Part shown: positions 1-16,200 of the stretch, in pieces
How positions within the stretch are numbered: the first letter of the stretch is position 1
Layout of the letters: each line of letters begins with the position of its first letter
From: Octopus sinensis
Lineage: Eukaryota
Direction: 5' to 3'
DNA length: 64,000 nt
Assembly (NCBI RefSeq): GCF_006345805.1
Contig: NC_042997.1
Span: forward strand, 23,560,001-23,624,000
The notes under the pieces: model-generated
Database searches by the model: none
Told to the model about the DNA's origin: nothing
Seen by the model: the letters and a program-made list of their open reading frames with translations, nothing else
Made by a program: the position numbers and the translations under genes

Positions 1-146
1 TAGATATAACTAAAAATAATATTAGCCATTGACTAATATTATCTTTCTCTCATCAAATATCATCATTTTAACATCTACTTTTCCGTGGGTCAGATGGAAT
101 TTGTTGAATCAGATTTTAACAGCCAGATGCCCTCACAGCATAATCA

Positions 147-660
147 CCGTAAATCTTCGAGTACAGTTCGCCCTTGGGTATAATATGCAGGGGATTTTTA
201 GGGGGCTGTACCTCTGGAAAACCTAAACCTTGTGTATAATACGCACTCCTTTCTAACTTGAGTCGTGCGTAATTAAGCCAGCAGCACCTAGTCGAACAAA
301 CACTTCCGCGCATGCGTAATACAATAACGGTAGTGTTCTTAACTGTTATATGGGAATGTAAATATATTTGCAAATTGTTTTTGTTACGTTATTCTGTGTT
401 TTGAATATTTTTATTTTAATAAATGTTGCTTACTGCAAGTTATGGATGATTCTTTTATGACTTCATTGCTTTCAGGCTTAGCTTAAGATATTTTCGCGCC
501 CAACATCACAAAATGCAGCTGAATAAACATTGCCAGACAGCAAATAGAGATATTGCTTAGAAAATATTTTTTAATTTTTAACCTCATATATAGTACGCAT
601 TAGGGGTTTTGACCTTTAAATTTTGGGAAAAAAATGCGGATTATACTCTAGGATTTACAG
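147..660. mobile_element. pogo/Tigger-like MITE
   Basis: TIRs ccgtaaatcttcgagta vs tactctaggatttacag, with TA at the right end. Confidence 0.6.
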
Positions 661-825
661 TACTTCAAATTGTTTTTTTTATGTTCTTTGCATAAAATAT
701 GGTAGCACTAAATTAAATACATTAGATTGTTTGCTATTATAAATAATAGAGTAAAGAATGAAGTAGCAAAATTTTAAAGAGAGCCATGACACTGACAGAA
801 AACATAAACCAAAATGTCATCATAC

Positions 826-975
826 CTGTCACACATAACAACAAGATAATCCTCAGACATACTGTAAATGTATCCTCTACAAATAACAATCTGTTGTTTG
901 TCTTCAACACTAATTGCAACACTGTCATGGACATTTAATCCAACTGTATTAATAGGTTCAAAAGTCTGATGTAAG
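826..975 (-). CDS. DNA2: DNA2 exon (LHQTFEPINTVGLNVHDSVAISVED...RGYIYSMSEDYLVVMCDR)
   Basis: tttccAG acceptor, GTATGA donor, 150 nt. Confidence 0.9.
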
Positions 976-1539
976 CTGGAAAAAATAAAAAACAAAAAGA
1001 AAATATCCATCATAATCATTTCTTTGATAGTAACAGCAATTACACAAATTAGCTAACAATACTTTTTTATAACCTGATTCTTAGATACTGTATTGTATTT
1101 AATTCTATTTCAATCCAGATCAGTGATTTTCAAATGGTGCACAGCAAAGGAGTACCTAAGTAAACTGGGTTTTTTTTAAACTATAATATAAAGCTTTAGA
1201 AAATCCAAACTAATGCTTGAGCATCTTGATGAGTAATGAAGAAAAACCAATATTACAAACTGGAAACAAAGGAGCTAATTATGAAACCTGTAATAAAACA
1301 ACAATCTTACTTGGAATATGTGTGTCTTTTAAATGAGTTGAGAAATTTTTCTGTGTCAGGGAGTATTTGAGTGCCACAAAACTGGAGATTGCTAATACAT
1401 TCCCCCTTTTTTTCTCTGAAATACATAAAGAAATAACATTACATAACCAAATCACTTCTGGCTATTATATAAAACTTATGTTCATGCTTAAGCTAAACCC
1501 CATCATAATTTTATGTTAGGTCACTTTTTTGTTGTTGTT

Positions 1540-1576
<37 letters not shown>

Positions 1577-4500
1577 TGCTCAGGTGCACAACAACTCATC
1601 AGACAAGAGGCAGTACATAGAAAAATGCACAGAAAGCAAACAACGAATGAGTCATTAAAAAAATAAGTACAGTGGGGAGATCAGGTGTACTGATAGCAAA
1701 TTTCAGGAAGCATGAAAGATTTGAAGAATGCTGTGTCCCAACAACTAACGACTGATGAGAGTAGTTTATCCCATGCTTCAGCAATTCTGAATGTGAAAAA
1801 ATGTTTCTGAAAGTCATGGGTGCTGTGCTGTATTTTGATTTTGTAAGAATGTCCACAAGTGTTAGACATATGGGATTCAAAAGGGTGCTCAAAGTTGTTA
1901 GAAAGATGGTGGGTAATCCTTGTGTCTACAAAGTCAGTTGCTAGATGTCAGAGCTGAATGTGACCATGCCCAGGGAAGTAAGACATTCAGAGTATGGTAG
2001 ATACCTGATGGCAGGTATTCATCCGGTTGCATATTTCTGAACAGTTTCCAGGAAATTGATATGCTGAGCAAGATATGGGGTTCCAGACTGGTGATATGTT
2101 TCAAATCAACTTAAGAACAGGAAGGTGTCATACAGAATGATTGGCATGACAGTGTCCTCAACTACTACAAGAGTAAAGAGAGAAAACTATAATGGTATCA
2201 AACTGATGGACTAAGTTATGAAAGTTACTGGAAAAGTCAAAGCTTAGCTGATTAGGAAGAGAATTAGCCAAGATGACATGCAATTCAGATACCAAGATGA
2301 AATGTACCCAGTGCATTCTGCTGCCACTACAATGACAACACAAACCCTGAATTATACATTGAAAAATAACTGGTCTTATACCTAGGTAAAAAATATAAAT
2401 AATTGTAACAAACCTGTCAATGCCAGTTGAGCACCATATATCACGGATCCCTTCACCATGGATACTGCTTTGTTTTTCAAATTCAATCATGACACACCAA
2501 TGAATGAAAAAATTAATATGTGACTGGCTTAAATGAGATAAAGACGTTTGGTGAAGTTCTTTACGGTTTTTAGTCATGTTCCCAACATCTAAAGAAAAAC
2601 TGGAAAGATACAAACAGTACAATAAAATTCAGAATACTCAGTGGTAAAAAAAATTACAAATTATGCATTTAAAAAGCAAAATATGCAAACAAGATGCTCT
2701 TGAGCTGGCTTTTCTCCTCAACAAACTTTTCAAACTTTCTCTCCTTATAAATATCTAACTTACAGAAACACACACCTGTGACCTGTCTGTAACTACACAG
2801 CCCTGTTAGCCATCAACCTATTCTTCCACTTTTCAGAACAAGAAGTGTGAATAGGTACAGGTTGAAAAGTCTATGAGGAAAGTGAGGGATGGTAAGAGAT
2901 GTGGAATAGGTGATGGGGTGAATATAAAGAATGAAGAACAAGTGTTGAAGGATGATAAATATACATTGGAAGAAAGGCAGGAAAGAGTAGGCAGGTGATG
3001 ACTGTAGAGATTAGGTAGGGTTGAAGGGTGGATAAAGTGATTGAGTGATCAATGATATATGAGGGGGTAAGAACAGAGGGGGTAAGTGACAGTACAGAAA
3101 GGAGTGAAAAGAAAATAATAATGATACAGGTATAGCTGTGTGGTTAAGAAGTTTGCCTCTCAACCACATAGTTCTGGGTTCGATTTCATTGCATGGCACC
3201 TTGGGCAAGTGTTTTCTACTATAGTCTTAGTCTAAGCCTTGTGAAGATTTGGTAGATGGTAACAAAGGAACTCATCATATAAATACATGTGTGTGTGTGT
3301 GTGTGTATATGTGTATACATACATACACATATATATACATATATACACATATTCCTGTGTCTGTATGCGTGTATGAAAATGTGTGTAAGTTTGTATCTGC
3401 TTTTGTCTTGACATCATGTTAGCTGTAAATGTGTGTCAATGCCATAGAAGGAGTGTTATTCATATCCACTATTTTATAAAAACATGTCCGACCATAGAGA
3501 AATGTTAGCTTGCTTGAAAACTGGTGAGAGCTGGCAACAGGAAGGGCATGTAGCTGTAGCAAATCTGCCTCAACAAACTCCGACCCATGCAAGCATGCAA
3601 AAAGTGGATGTTAAGTGATGATTGTACAAATACTCTTGCAACCTGACAAGTGACTGGGTAGGTTGCAAGAGTGTAAGCTGAGAGGCAAGCATAATGCCTG
3701 GAGAGAGGGAAAAGATGTATAGTGATGGAAAAGCAATAATTCAATAAAGCTAGTGAAATATAGAGATCTGTGCTCACATCTACTTCAGCAGAGAAAACAG
3801 TAGTTAGGCAAGTGATGGAGATGTATTTATCGGCGAGATGTTGGAGATGGCTTGAGAAGGCAACTGTGTGAGAGACCCAGTTGGTCATATATACATTGTA
3901 CTCCCAGAATCTCAGTTTCATTGAGATGGGTAAGTCTTCTTTACTATCACATATCACTTAGTTATAAGATGTCGCCATGTAGAATATATGTAAAGGCTGG
4001 CAAGAGATGAAGCACACATGCTCTATTGGATATATATATATAATGTTAGTATGTATGACCATTGTTGTACAGATGAGCTGAAAGATAAACTAGGTATAAG
4101 AGGAATTAGATGTTATGTGCAAGAACTGGTACGTACATGTGATGAGTAAGGAGAATAACAGATGAGTAAAGTGCCAGGATATCCAAGTGGAAAGAAGAGG
4201 ACCAAGGAAGATATGAACAGAAGTAGTAAAAGATAATCTCAGGATGTCAAACCTCACAAAAGACCTGACAAAGGAATACAACAAATAGCAAAACATGTGA
4301 GACAAATGTGTTGGAAAAGACCTATCCAACATATTTAAGCATGGAAAAGTGAATGTAAAAATGACAAAGTCAATTAAAATTAACTTACTTTTGATAAATA
4401 GAGCAGCTTAGAAGATGGGGACATTTACTACAAGCAGACACATTGTTGATGGGCTCAGGTAATTTACCAAGCAGTTTTGATAAATCGTCTGGAAGTGAAT

Positions 4501-7500
4501 TCTCTCTAAGTAAACTGTTTTGTATATAATACAAAATCTCATTTCTGAGCTGGATTAATCCTGTTAATGAAAAAAAAAAAATGCAATCAATGAAATTTTT
4601 CAAGTGTAAAAATATAAAAACATTGGTGTTTGTAAAATTTTTTTTTCTGTTAGTAATCAATTTGAACCTATTTTTAAAAACTATTCCATATTCCTGTGTA
4701 TGAACTATCATCATTTAACATCCATGTTCCCATCCTGGTATGGACTAGATGGTTATACAATGACTTGACAGTCTACTATAGCATGGTTTTTACAACTAAA
4801 TGCCTTACCAACCGCTTTACAGCGTGTACTGGCTGCTCTTTTGGTACTACCAACACTAGCGAGGTCACCATGTAACTTGCAAGACAACAAAACTTTATGC
4901 TACAAGATGAGGGAATTAAAGTATGACAGAAAAGGCCAGAATAGAACAGGTTTTTTGTTGCAGAGGAGATACATGGTTAGCCATATTAAAGGGTGTAAGG
5001 TGATGAGGTGTTTATGTGAACTCTCAAAAGTAAGAGGCAAATAAAGGGGAATAGAGACAAAAGAACCAGAAGTGTGAGTGAGTAATGGTTAATAGGACAT
5101 ATAGGAGAGTGAAAGATGGAGAATGGACAAAGGGGTGAATATAATGAATGAGCAAGTGTTGAATGATAAGTAGGTGAGGTAGGGAAGAGTAGGTGAAAAC
5201 TGTAGAGACTGGATAGGGTTGAGGAGTGGATATAATGAATGGTGAATAAAGGGTAGGAGTGACTCAGTTGTGAGTGGGGTGAGAAGAGCAGTAGGTGTAG
5301 TGCATGGGGAGAGTGAGTCTCTCCAGTAGTGAAGGTAAGACAATATGGCGGCTTGGGGTGAATGACAATATTAAAGATGAAAGACGGACATCAAGTGAAA
5401 TGGTTGCAGGTAGTAAGAAAGATTAGCCAATATCAAGGAAAAGTTGCATTTAGGGAGATGAAGGGCAATGGGGGTGACTTGGTGGAAGAAATTGAACAAG
5501 GGGCCCAGCTGTGTGAGTGTGTATACACACAAACACACACACACATGCACAGTGCTTCCAGAACTTAGTTCCACTGAGTTGGGTAGGTCTTCTAGAGAAC
5601 TGCATATCACTAGTCACCTTGGTCTCTTGTTATCTCCTCTGAGAAGTTCAAGATCCTAAAAGTATTGATTATATTGTTGTGCTACTTTGATATTTGAAAA
5701 TGCATAACTAGAACAACTTAGTCATGCTTTCAGCCTGTTCAACTTAGCCCTTCATGACAATGCCCCAACATGGTTGCAGTCCATGTCCACTTTCTGACAG
5801 ATGGTCAAGTTTGTACAGTGGGGACTTCAACTTTTTTTGGCCATCACACTACATCCCTGCTCACTAAAATGGTTTTCCACAAGTGCAAGCCCCATGAGTT
5901 GGAGTGGTCGTTCCAGCACATCTCTCTCACCATCCTCTGGAGTAATGCCTTTTTCATTTTGTCTGCTGGGACCATGAGGCAGACGGACAAATCTTTTTAG
6001 TTATAACTGTTGTAAAGGGTGGTTGTGGTAAGTGGAAATCAACTTCAGCTTTGCTGTTATTTGTGAATTTCAAATTCCTTCACCTCTCAGAAACATACCC
6101 TTTCTTTCTAATTCCTAACTAATATGACTGAAACAAGAAGTAAAAGAATAAAAATAAACTGAGTGAAACTTAATTTTTTTAATTGAATCATAAAAACATA
6201 ATCTACCATATTCAAGTCTTGGCATTATCAACCAAAATCTATATAGTTACTCAAATGTTATGCTATAGTTCTATATTTTAGATTGGTCAGCAAAGTGAAA
6301 TTAATCTTTAGATCTGTAATGAATAATAACGAACACATTTGGTTAATTATTCTTATACCTCTTTTGTTTTGATGTTCAGTTGAAACAGGACTCATGTTTG
6401 GTTGATCTTTTAAGTAAAGAAGTAAACCCTCTTTTGGATCTTCCCGGCGATCAGACATCATCATAGTGTACAAAGTAACCTGGAATAGAGACAAAAAATG
6501 AAATAATGGAAGGTAGAGAAAATACCTTTATTGAAAATCAGTAATTTATTTAATTGCTACTTAATACATTTTTTTTACTTGTTTCTAATCTTACAATTTC
6601 CTTCAGATTGTGTAACCTAATACATTAAGGTATTTTCTCATCAAAATATGTGCCGCCAAGACCTTAGTCTATTTAAGACAAACAAGTAAAAGAAAAACAT
6701 AAGATTAAAAAATAAAAGAAATGCAAATAATTCAACAACTTCTGCAATCGTTCATTATCGTTTAACGTCCGTTCTCCATGCTAGCATGGGTTGGACGGTT
6801 CGACCGGGGATCTGGGAAGCCAGAAGGCTGCACCAGGCTCCGGTCTTATCTGGCAAAGTTTCTACAGCTGGATGCCCTTCCTAACGCCAACCACTCCGTG
6901 AGTGTAGTGGGTGCTTTTTACATGCCACCTGCACTGGTGCCAGGCGAGGCTGGCATCGGCCACGGTCGGATTGGTGCATTTTATGGAAGCCAGTCAAGGC
7001 GGCACTGGTAAAATACAATACAAATACAACAAACAAGACTACTTGTCTAAGAGAAAATTAAAGAAATCATAAGTAAAACAAATCTCTAAACAACTTGGAA
7101 TTGTTAACTTTTGTAGGTTGTACAACAGAAGAAATGTTATAATTGTGAATTAAGAAACTGTACCTATATCTTTTCTCAGGTGCACAGAGCACAGTTTTGC
7201 AATTAATTTAATCACTTACCAGCATATGTACTGTTATACAAATTAGAATTTCCAGTTTGCTGATATAGGTAATATTTGATGGACTTATTAAGCCATAAGT
7301 TACAGATTTCTCTGTGAACAGAAAAAGACAAATACACCCTCTGAGGAAGACTCCAACTTGAGTGGAAACACAAATCAGTTTATTAACTCTTTTTGTTCAG
7401 AGAAATGCATAAAAAGACATATGCTTACATCTATCAGGGCATATTTGCGCATTTATGAAACTTCAGTTAAATCATGAACTATTTTCAGTAAGATTATAGC

Positions 7501-10500
7501 TCAACATACAAACATATACACACAATATTCTTTCAGTTTCCCTCACCCAAATCCATTCACAAGGCTTTGGTCAGCCTGAGACTAAAGTAGAAGACACTTG
7601 CCCAAAATTCCACTCAGTGGAAGTGAACCTGAAACCACATGGATGTGAAGCAAGTTTGTTAACCAAACAGTCATGCTTACAGTGCTACAAAAATTAAATA
7701 TATTACCTGGCCTTTATGTTCAGCAGAAAAAGAAGGATTTCCAGTCTTCAATTCAAGGGGCACTACTTTCCTTTTTAAATTGTGTGTCTGTTGTTAGATA
7801 ATAATATATAACTATATAATTTATATATTAGTTGCAGAAAGAGTTACTGAATTTTCAGTATTATCCTGACATTCCATCAGAATAAAGATTATATAAAGAC
7901 AGAAAGAAAATATACTTTTAAAGTTGAGTACAAACCACAAGATAAAGAGAGACAGCAAGAAAATAGACCAACAATTTGGAATGAATAGCAATCGCAACAA
8001 AGTCATGCCGATGCTGGAATTTGTTGGTTCTAGAAACATCCAGTAGTTCTGAGCTTTGAACATACTTATGAATGCTTCAGAATATGTTTCGGAATGTTTC
8101 TAATATGTATGAGTACAGTAATATTGGTTTCAAATTTTGGCACAAGGCCAGCAAGCTCAAGAGAGGAGGTAAGCCAATTACATCAATGCCCCCTGAAAGA
8201 TGAAAGGCAAAGTTGACCTCGGTGGAATTTGAACTGAGAAAGTAAAGACAGATGAAATGCCGCTAAGCATTTTGCTGGGCATGCTAACGATTCTGCCAGC
8301 TCAGCGCATTAATGATCACAGTAATATTGATAGAAAGATCAACTAAGTTGCCATTCATTTTGTAAGCTGCCTTTCACTTGCTTACATTACAAAGTGTTTT
8401 AATATGGGGATAAAAAACAATTAATAATTGCCATGAACCAGCTCATTTTTTAACACTTCATAAATATATAGTGAAAACAGGAAATGTTTCAACAAGTTGA
8501 GTTATGCTGACCATATAGCTATGAGTTCAAGTTTTCCTTATAGCTTTTGTTCCAACTCCAGGTCAGTCTCAAAACACAGAAATCAATGTGATCACGGGTG
8601 TTCCAACTGTAACAATATACTTTTTATGCATAGTGACCCCAGATATATTCTATCTAGAATTACATTGTCCACTGCATCTTTTAATACGATATGGTGATTT
8701 AGCTGCTATTGTTTTGAAGGCACATAACTCTGTAGGTTCAATTATTCTGCCAACAGGTTTATGCAATTAGCACTAATGTCATGTGGAAATATAAAAGAAC
8801 TGACACAAGAAAACAAAACCCACCTTTGCTTGCTTGAAAATGCATGCATAAAAGACTTGACGTAGATCTGTCATGAACCTTAGACCTCATAAGGCTAGAG
8901 CCTAACACAGTTTCTCTAGCATATAAGTGTCAGATTATAATACACCCCATGAACAAGATGCTGGTTCATCACAGGGTTAACTGCCTAGCTATTGCTGGAA
9001 CTCATTTACAGCCGAGTGGACTGGAGCAATGTAAAATAAATTGTTTTGCTCAAGAATACAATGCAATACCCAATCTGGGAATCAACAATTTTACAATTGT
9101 GAGTGCAACAACCTAACCATTAGGTCACACACCTTCAAAAAATGCAAGCCAAAAAGAAAACAAGAGGTATGTGTTTAAATAATATAAAAAGATTTATATT
9201 ATATATGTATATCTTTATCTATGTAATATAGAAAGGTTAATAAATATCTAACAAAACATCTATAACTATTTTAACTTACTTTGATTTCCACAGTGAGATC
9301 AATTTTTCCTTTCAAACCAAACCTACAGAGAAAAAAATTGTAAAGTTCAGAAATAATCTTTTACAGGTTTCGGTCATAAGATTGTGGCCATGCTGGAGCA
9401 CTGCTATTGTTAGTTTTAGTTAATTATATTGACCTCAGTACTTTGTCGGTTAATTATTTTATCATCCTAGGAGGACAAAAGACAGAGTCAACTGGGCATA
9501 AAGAGACATAACTGAAATGGATTGAAACCATCATTTTAACATCCACTATTCCATACTTGCACAGATCAGGTGTTTATTGAGGCAGTCTTTCAACATCCAG
9601 ATGCCCTTCTAGTCACCAACCCTTAGCTTTTTCCAAACAAGTTAATATTTCCCCAAGGTCAGACATGTTTCTGTAGAATATTAAAAATGAATGAATCAGT
9701 GAAGCTAAGGCAGTATTGCCTTAACAAAAATGCTTTTTAGGGATATCAAATATTCATATGATATAATTGAATATTTGAACGATTTCTTATCTTAATTAGA
9801 TATCTTGATTAAGTAGCGAAAAAGGTAAATTTTTGATTTTTGACAGAGAATGTATTTAGTATGTCTTTTCTCCACAATTCTGACTGGTTATCTTTTAAAT
9901 ATAAAGATTGTTATTTCTTTGGGCACAAAGGAAGAGTTCATAGCCAATTGAATCAATCACAGTAAACTACTGACACATATAAGAGGTAGTATCAAAAAGT
10001 TTCTGGACTGGTTCTTTAGTGTGCCAACTGACGGCAGAACATGGATATGTGCAGTGAGAGTTAGTAGTGACCATCATGAGGGAGCGTGTCAAGTGACACT
10101 GCTGTGTGAAATGTGGTTTTTTTTGTGATCACGTGTTTGCTGTAGTCTACAATTTTTGTCATGAACAGGAAGTTTGAACAAAGAGTCAACATGAAATTTT
10201 GCATTAAACTTGGGAAATCTACTACAGAGACATTGAACATGCTTCGGCAAGCTTATGGTGAAGAGGCAATGGGTCATATGCAATGTTTCGAGTGGTTCAT
10301 GGGCACATGATAGAGCCACAGCTCAATCAAGAGCATACACATAATTTCTTCAACATCCGTGGTATTGTGCATCAAGAATTGCTCCCTGCCACGTGACTGG
10401 ATCTTTGGAGCATGAAGAATTGGATTCTTTATGACTACACTGAGTCACTTGTGAGTTTCTCACCAAAAACATGGTATCGCTTCTGCATCCACCCTAGTTG

Positions 10501-13206
10501 CCAGATGCAAGCTTCCATCTCTTCCCCAAGATGAAAATGCAGCTAAAAGGTCGCTTTTTTAATACTGTTGTCAAGATCAAGAGTGAATTGAAGAAGGTCT
10601 TCAACTTGTTCACAGATAATGGCTTCCAGAATGGATTTAAATAGTGGCAGGAATGCTAGGACCGATGTATTGCTGTGCAAAGTGACTATTTCAAAGGGTT
10701 TGATGTTAAAACTTAAGTAAACAAGTTATTTTTTATTAAACATAACTAGACCAGGAACATTTTGATACCATCTCATATTAAGAAGGAATCCCACAAAAAT
10801 GAAAAAAAAGGACTCCAATGGGATTTGACTGCCATTGCCACCACCTAACATCTGCCTGAGTTGGACAGTTCAACAGAATGCAACAAATCAGAGGACTACA
10901 GTGTTTAAAAGCTAGATTTCAACAGCTAGATACCCTTCTTGATGCCAACCACTTTACAGATTGTACTGGATGCTTTTTTTCTGTAATACCAACACTAGTA
11001 AAGTCACTTCGCAACTAGTGAAACTAAAGAACCTATAGTAGCCTCTATGACTGAAAGAGACTGAAAGAGAGTTTGATTTTAAGCAAGGTTATGAAAGAGA
11101 GTAAAGTATAAGAGGAACAGATTTATAGTGGGAGAGGTTGGTAGTGGAAAATTACAGAGTAGATGATGATAATGAGTTATCCTCTATTATGTTATTTAAA
11201 AAAAAATCAATTCATTTAAAAAATGAAAAGAAGGAAAACTGGAAGAAATACAATGTAAAGTGAAGGAGAGAGGGAAGAAATGATAACATGATCCATAAAG
11301 TATTATTCCAAGGTAGCTTAGCCAAATGAAACTGAGTCCAAACTTACCTGGGTGACCAAATATTTTCTTCAATATCACAGACAGACGTAACTATAGTTCT
11401 TCTGACATCAATATCACTGAATCAAAAGATAAACAGATAAATAGCATTACAAAATGAGAAGGAAAAATTTCAAAATCAGATCCATTATTTATGAGTCTGT
11501 ATCAACTATTTTTTTTTTATTGCATTTACATCTGAATAAAAAGATGAATTTTCAAACTCAGCATTAACTGATGCTCTATTAATAGCTTTCATTTTTTTAA
11601 TGGTTCAAAGAATAATTCTCATTACTATATTCGCGAACAAAACTGTCAAGTCACAACAATTATAGGTCAAGAGCATTGGTAGTGATCATTCATGTGTGTT
11701 TGTACATAAATGTGAGGAAGGTCAAACACCAAATTCTCTATATATAATAACATCTAGTCTGTTGTACACTTATGTACAGCAGAGCTTGACTAATGAAATA
11801 ATACATACTTGGTACAACATTTTCTTTATTAACCACTTAGAGTTCACAAAAGCATAAGGGATAGTTGTAACATGTTGCTAACAACAACACATGCTTGGTA
11901 TATAAGTTGTTTGGTAATTGTATTGTAGTGATCCTATAACGGTGCGCACTCGCGCACCGTCCATTTGTATTTCGCGCGTGTTGGTGCCTTTACCAAGGCA
12001 GAGAGAGGAAGGGCCCTCTCGCGCATGCGCGAAGCACCGGAGGAAGAACCCTTTTGCGCCCAGAACCAAAGGGATACCAGATAACCACTTATTGTTACTG
12101 TTACCACATTAGAGAATAAAGTAGTATATATATCTTTTACGTCTGCCTCTTGTTTGTTTCTGACTGGTAGAATTCTGGATTATTAAAGCAACGGCTAGTG
12201 ATTGCTTTCTTGTACCCCGAAAGTACAAGAGAAGATATTCACACAAAGTTCTTTACAGTATCATCTAAGCTATTACCAATATATTTATTACTCAAACATA
12301 GCAATGCAAATAGCTCACCAAGAGATTTTAAAACACAAATGATGCTTTACTGAGAAAAAAAGCTTCAATATTATTAATTTGTCATCAGCAACATTACAGC
12401 AATCTTCTACTTCCGTTTAAACTGAATATACAATTCTTACCTCTGTTGCTTCATAAAATTTGTATGATGCTCAATCCATTTCACAATATTTGGAATATAT
12501 TTTAAAACTGCTGCCAGCACCACGGATTCATCAGTACCATGACCATAACTGGAAAAAAACAAAAGAAGCAACAATCATTTACAGAAAATACGAGTCTTTA
12601 AATCAATATATACTTCCTTGGTTAGTCTTCTGTAATAATCCATAATATTCATATGTAAAATCCGCTATATTGTCTTGTATTCCAAATATAGTTCATATAC
12701 TTAGATAATATAGAATAATGGAATCCTGTATTGATAAGCATTTATAGATAACTCTTCTTCTCTTCAGTAATATCAAATGTGAAATTTGTATAATTTGTAT
12801 AATTTTACAAATGGTAGTATTTTTTAAAATTTATGAAGTAATATATTTATGAAAATGTCTACATTTTTAAAAAATAGTAAAATAGACGTTGGGAATTATT
12901 ACTGCAAGGATATAAGTAGAAACTTCGAACAGAATAAATTCTTACATTTCATGTAGAATATATTTCCTTTTCATAATTGATTTGGTTAATAATAAAATTT
13001 CCTTTTCTTTGAAAATTTTATTTCTTAAAACCTGGAGAAAATAAAAGGCATAACTCAAAAAAAATTAAATAAATAAATTATGGCATGTAAAAATAAAGAA
13101 AATAGCAGACAGTTTATATATGAACATAAAAGATTCTTGTAGAGTATAATGCTATAAATTATTTCAAGGAAGAATAAGTCTAACACAGATTTCCAACATT
13201 CTTTTC

Positions 13207-13267
<61 letters not shown>

Positions 13268-16200
13268 ATTTTGTTACATGCAATCAGACTCCAAAGAATA
13301 AACAAAGATGATCATTAGTTAAAAAGTCTATCCTGGACTTTTCAGACTTGTAGTAGATAGTTGAAATTTAATTTGGACATTTGTAATATAAGACCTATAG
13401 GATAAAAGTGGGTAGGAAGGAAATGTATCAGATGGAACACAGCTTGTTAATTTAGAAGTAAAGGAATGTTGTAGTAAAGGTAAAAACACAGAGGGAGATA
13501 TAGTGTATTGATGTGCTTGTGGTTGTTGTGTATGATGGTTTACTAATCAGTTACATGGCCTACTTGAAATACAGTATAGAATGTTTGCACATATAAAAGC
13601 TGTGCCATTCCAGATATATGAACAGTAATCTATTGCAGGGCCCATTTTAGCCTTGTTGAGGATCAGCAGGTGTTCAAAGCTGCAATGTCTTCTAGCATAA
13701 AAAAACAACTAGACTTTAGTATGTTATGAGTATATTAAAGGTGTGGTTGCCACATGAGAGATCATCAGACTTTGTGAAGCAAAGCATTAATTAAGCATGC
13801 AAAAATTTTAGTTGTGTTGATCATGAGTGAAGCAGGTGTTGTGCTATGGTTAGTGTGCTAAAAGACACAAACATGACTATGGTTAAGAAGTTCACTCCTC
13901 CAACGATATAGCTTTGGATTCAGTCCCACTGCATAGCAGCTTGAACAAGTGTCAGGGGAGCCTGTATATGGCTTGCGGCATGTAAGAAATAGCAACCAAA
14001 TCTCTTCATACCATATTCAATATTTAAATTATAAAAAAAAAGATCATTAGATAATGTAGTCTTAGATAAAATAAGATAGAATGATGGGTGATGGGTGTAA
14101 CTGAGGATATCTCATTCCATATATACCTTTCACATGCATTTCTAAAAGTTTCATATTTCTTCAATTCTAATTCTATTTTTCCTTCAAAATTACAAATTCA
14201 TTCAGATCCTGCAGGAATATACCCATTTCTCATTGAACTTCTTCCAAAAGCATATTCTAAACAATATATTTTTCCTTATAAAATCTATAAATCTAGCCCG
14301 GAGTCAGATAACCTTCAGCCTTCTGGAAGAATGCATTAAAAACCTGTTTACATTTTATTTATTTCTTTAACACTTAAAATTATATTTTTATAATAACTGT
14401 GCCTTTCAAACACAACTTTTATTGCTTAATCTATCCAATAAAAGTCTGTATTTCAAATCTGTTATGATTAACAGATTCTAAAGCTAGGGTATTTTAGAAA
14501 TATTTAGGAAGCTCACTTCATAGACATTCCAATTCTGAAGCTAACAAGAGTTTTTAAAATATCAACTATACTACATTAAACTGCCTCTTTTCTTGCTGTT
14601 TTTACAAGGTTACTAAAAAAAAAAAGATTACTATTATCAACTCATGAAAAGAAATTCATACATCATCAACATCATCTTTTAACACCTGCTTTTCCACGCT
14701 TGCATAGGTTAGGTGGAATTCACTGCAAAAGATTTTTTCAAACAGATGCCACTCCTGTTGCCAACCCTCAGGTAATATTTTCCGATGGTAGGGTAGTGAG
14801 CTAGCAGAATTGATAGCATGCCAGGTAAAATGCTTAGTGGCATTTCGTCTTGTCTTTACATTCTGAGTTTGAATTCCACCAGGGTCAATTAAATCAGCAC
14901 CAGTTGAATACTGGGATCAATGTAATTTACTTAATCCCTTCCCTGAAATTGCTGGCCTTGTGCCAAAATTTGAAACCAATATTTCCTTCATCGTGGATAT
15001 ACTCTTTTACTTGTTTCAGTCATTTGACTGCGGCCATGCTGGAGCACCGCCTTTAGTCGAGCAAATCGACCCCAGGACTTATTCTTTGTAAGCCTGGTAC
15101 TTATTCTATCGGTCTTTTTTGCTGAACCGCTAAGTGACGGGAACTTAAACACACCAGCATCAGTTGTCAAGCAATGCTAGGGAGACAAATACAGACACAC
15201 AAACACATACATATATATATATATATATATACATATATACGACAGGCCTCTTTCACTTTCCGTCTACCAAATCCACTCACAAGGCATTGGTCGGCCCGGG
15301 GCTATAGCAGAAGACACTTGCTCAAGATGCCACGCAGTGGGACTGAACCCGGAACCATGTGGTTGGTTAGCAAGCTACTTACCACACAGCCACTCCTGCA
15401 CCTATGCTTATATAGGACACTGAAGTGAAAGACACCACTTGTACAAGTGATGCTCATTTACAAAAATCACACACAGACATGTATTAACACAGTGGGCTTC
15501 TTTCAGTTTCCATAAACCAAATCCATTCAAAAGGTTTCAATTGGTCCAGGGCTCTAGTAGAAGACACTTGCTATGCAGTGGGACCTTGGGCAAGTGTCTG
15601 GAAAGTAAACATTTTAACCACACAGCCATGTCTGCACTTTTATTCAAGTAATTAGCAGCAGTGTGTAATCATAGAAAATAGTAAAACCTTTCTTCAACTG
15701 AATTATTTCTATTTCCCTAGTCAAACTCTATCCCAGATACTGTTGAAAGAGCAATTTTTACACAATTCTCTCTCTTCATCTTCATTACAAACTGAAATCA
15801 CCATTGTTTCTTCTAAATATTACAAGTAATGTTTCTAAGCATTAGGTATTTTCTTCATCCATCTCTGACTTATTCATGAAGTAAAGAAACATACAAAACA
15901 ATCTTTCTAAGGTATACAATACAATGAAAGAAAATTAGTGAATAAAATGATATATTGAAAGACAAAGCACTAACCTCTTGTAAAAGACAATGTACAATAC
16001 TCCCATATAACATATGCAAGTTTCCTTTGTCAATTCCCTGCAAATAAATATAAAATATATTTATCAAAATAAAACTAATTTTTCACCAAAGTCACTCTAA
16101 AACAAACTCTCATTTTAAAGTTATTCCATTAAAACTACTATAGTAAGAGGTCACATACTCATATACGTCCAATTATATATTTCTCAATACATGTGAGTGT

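Noticed and set aside
2158-2413. Continuation of the 154-aa ORF beyond the DNA2 exon
   Set aside because: This is read-through into the intron after the GT donor, with no DNA2 similarity.
2588-2599. Second, strong-looking acceptor (tttttctttAG) 11 nt inside the DNA2 exon
   Set aside because: It is out of phase with the upstream exon; the acceptor at 2600-2601 keeps the frame.
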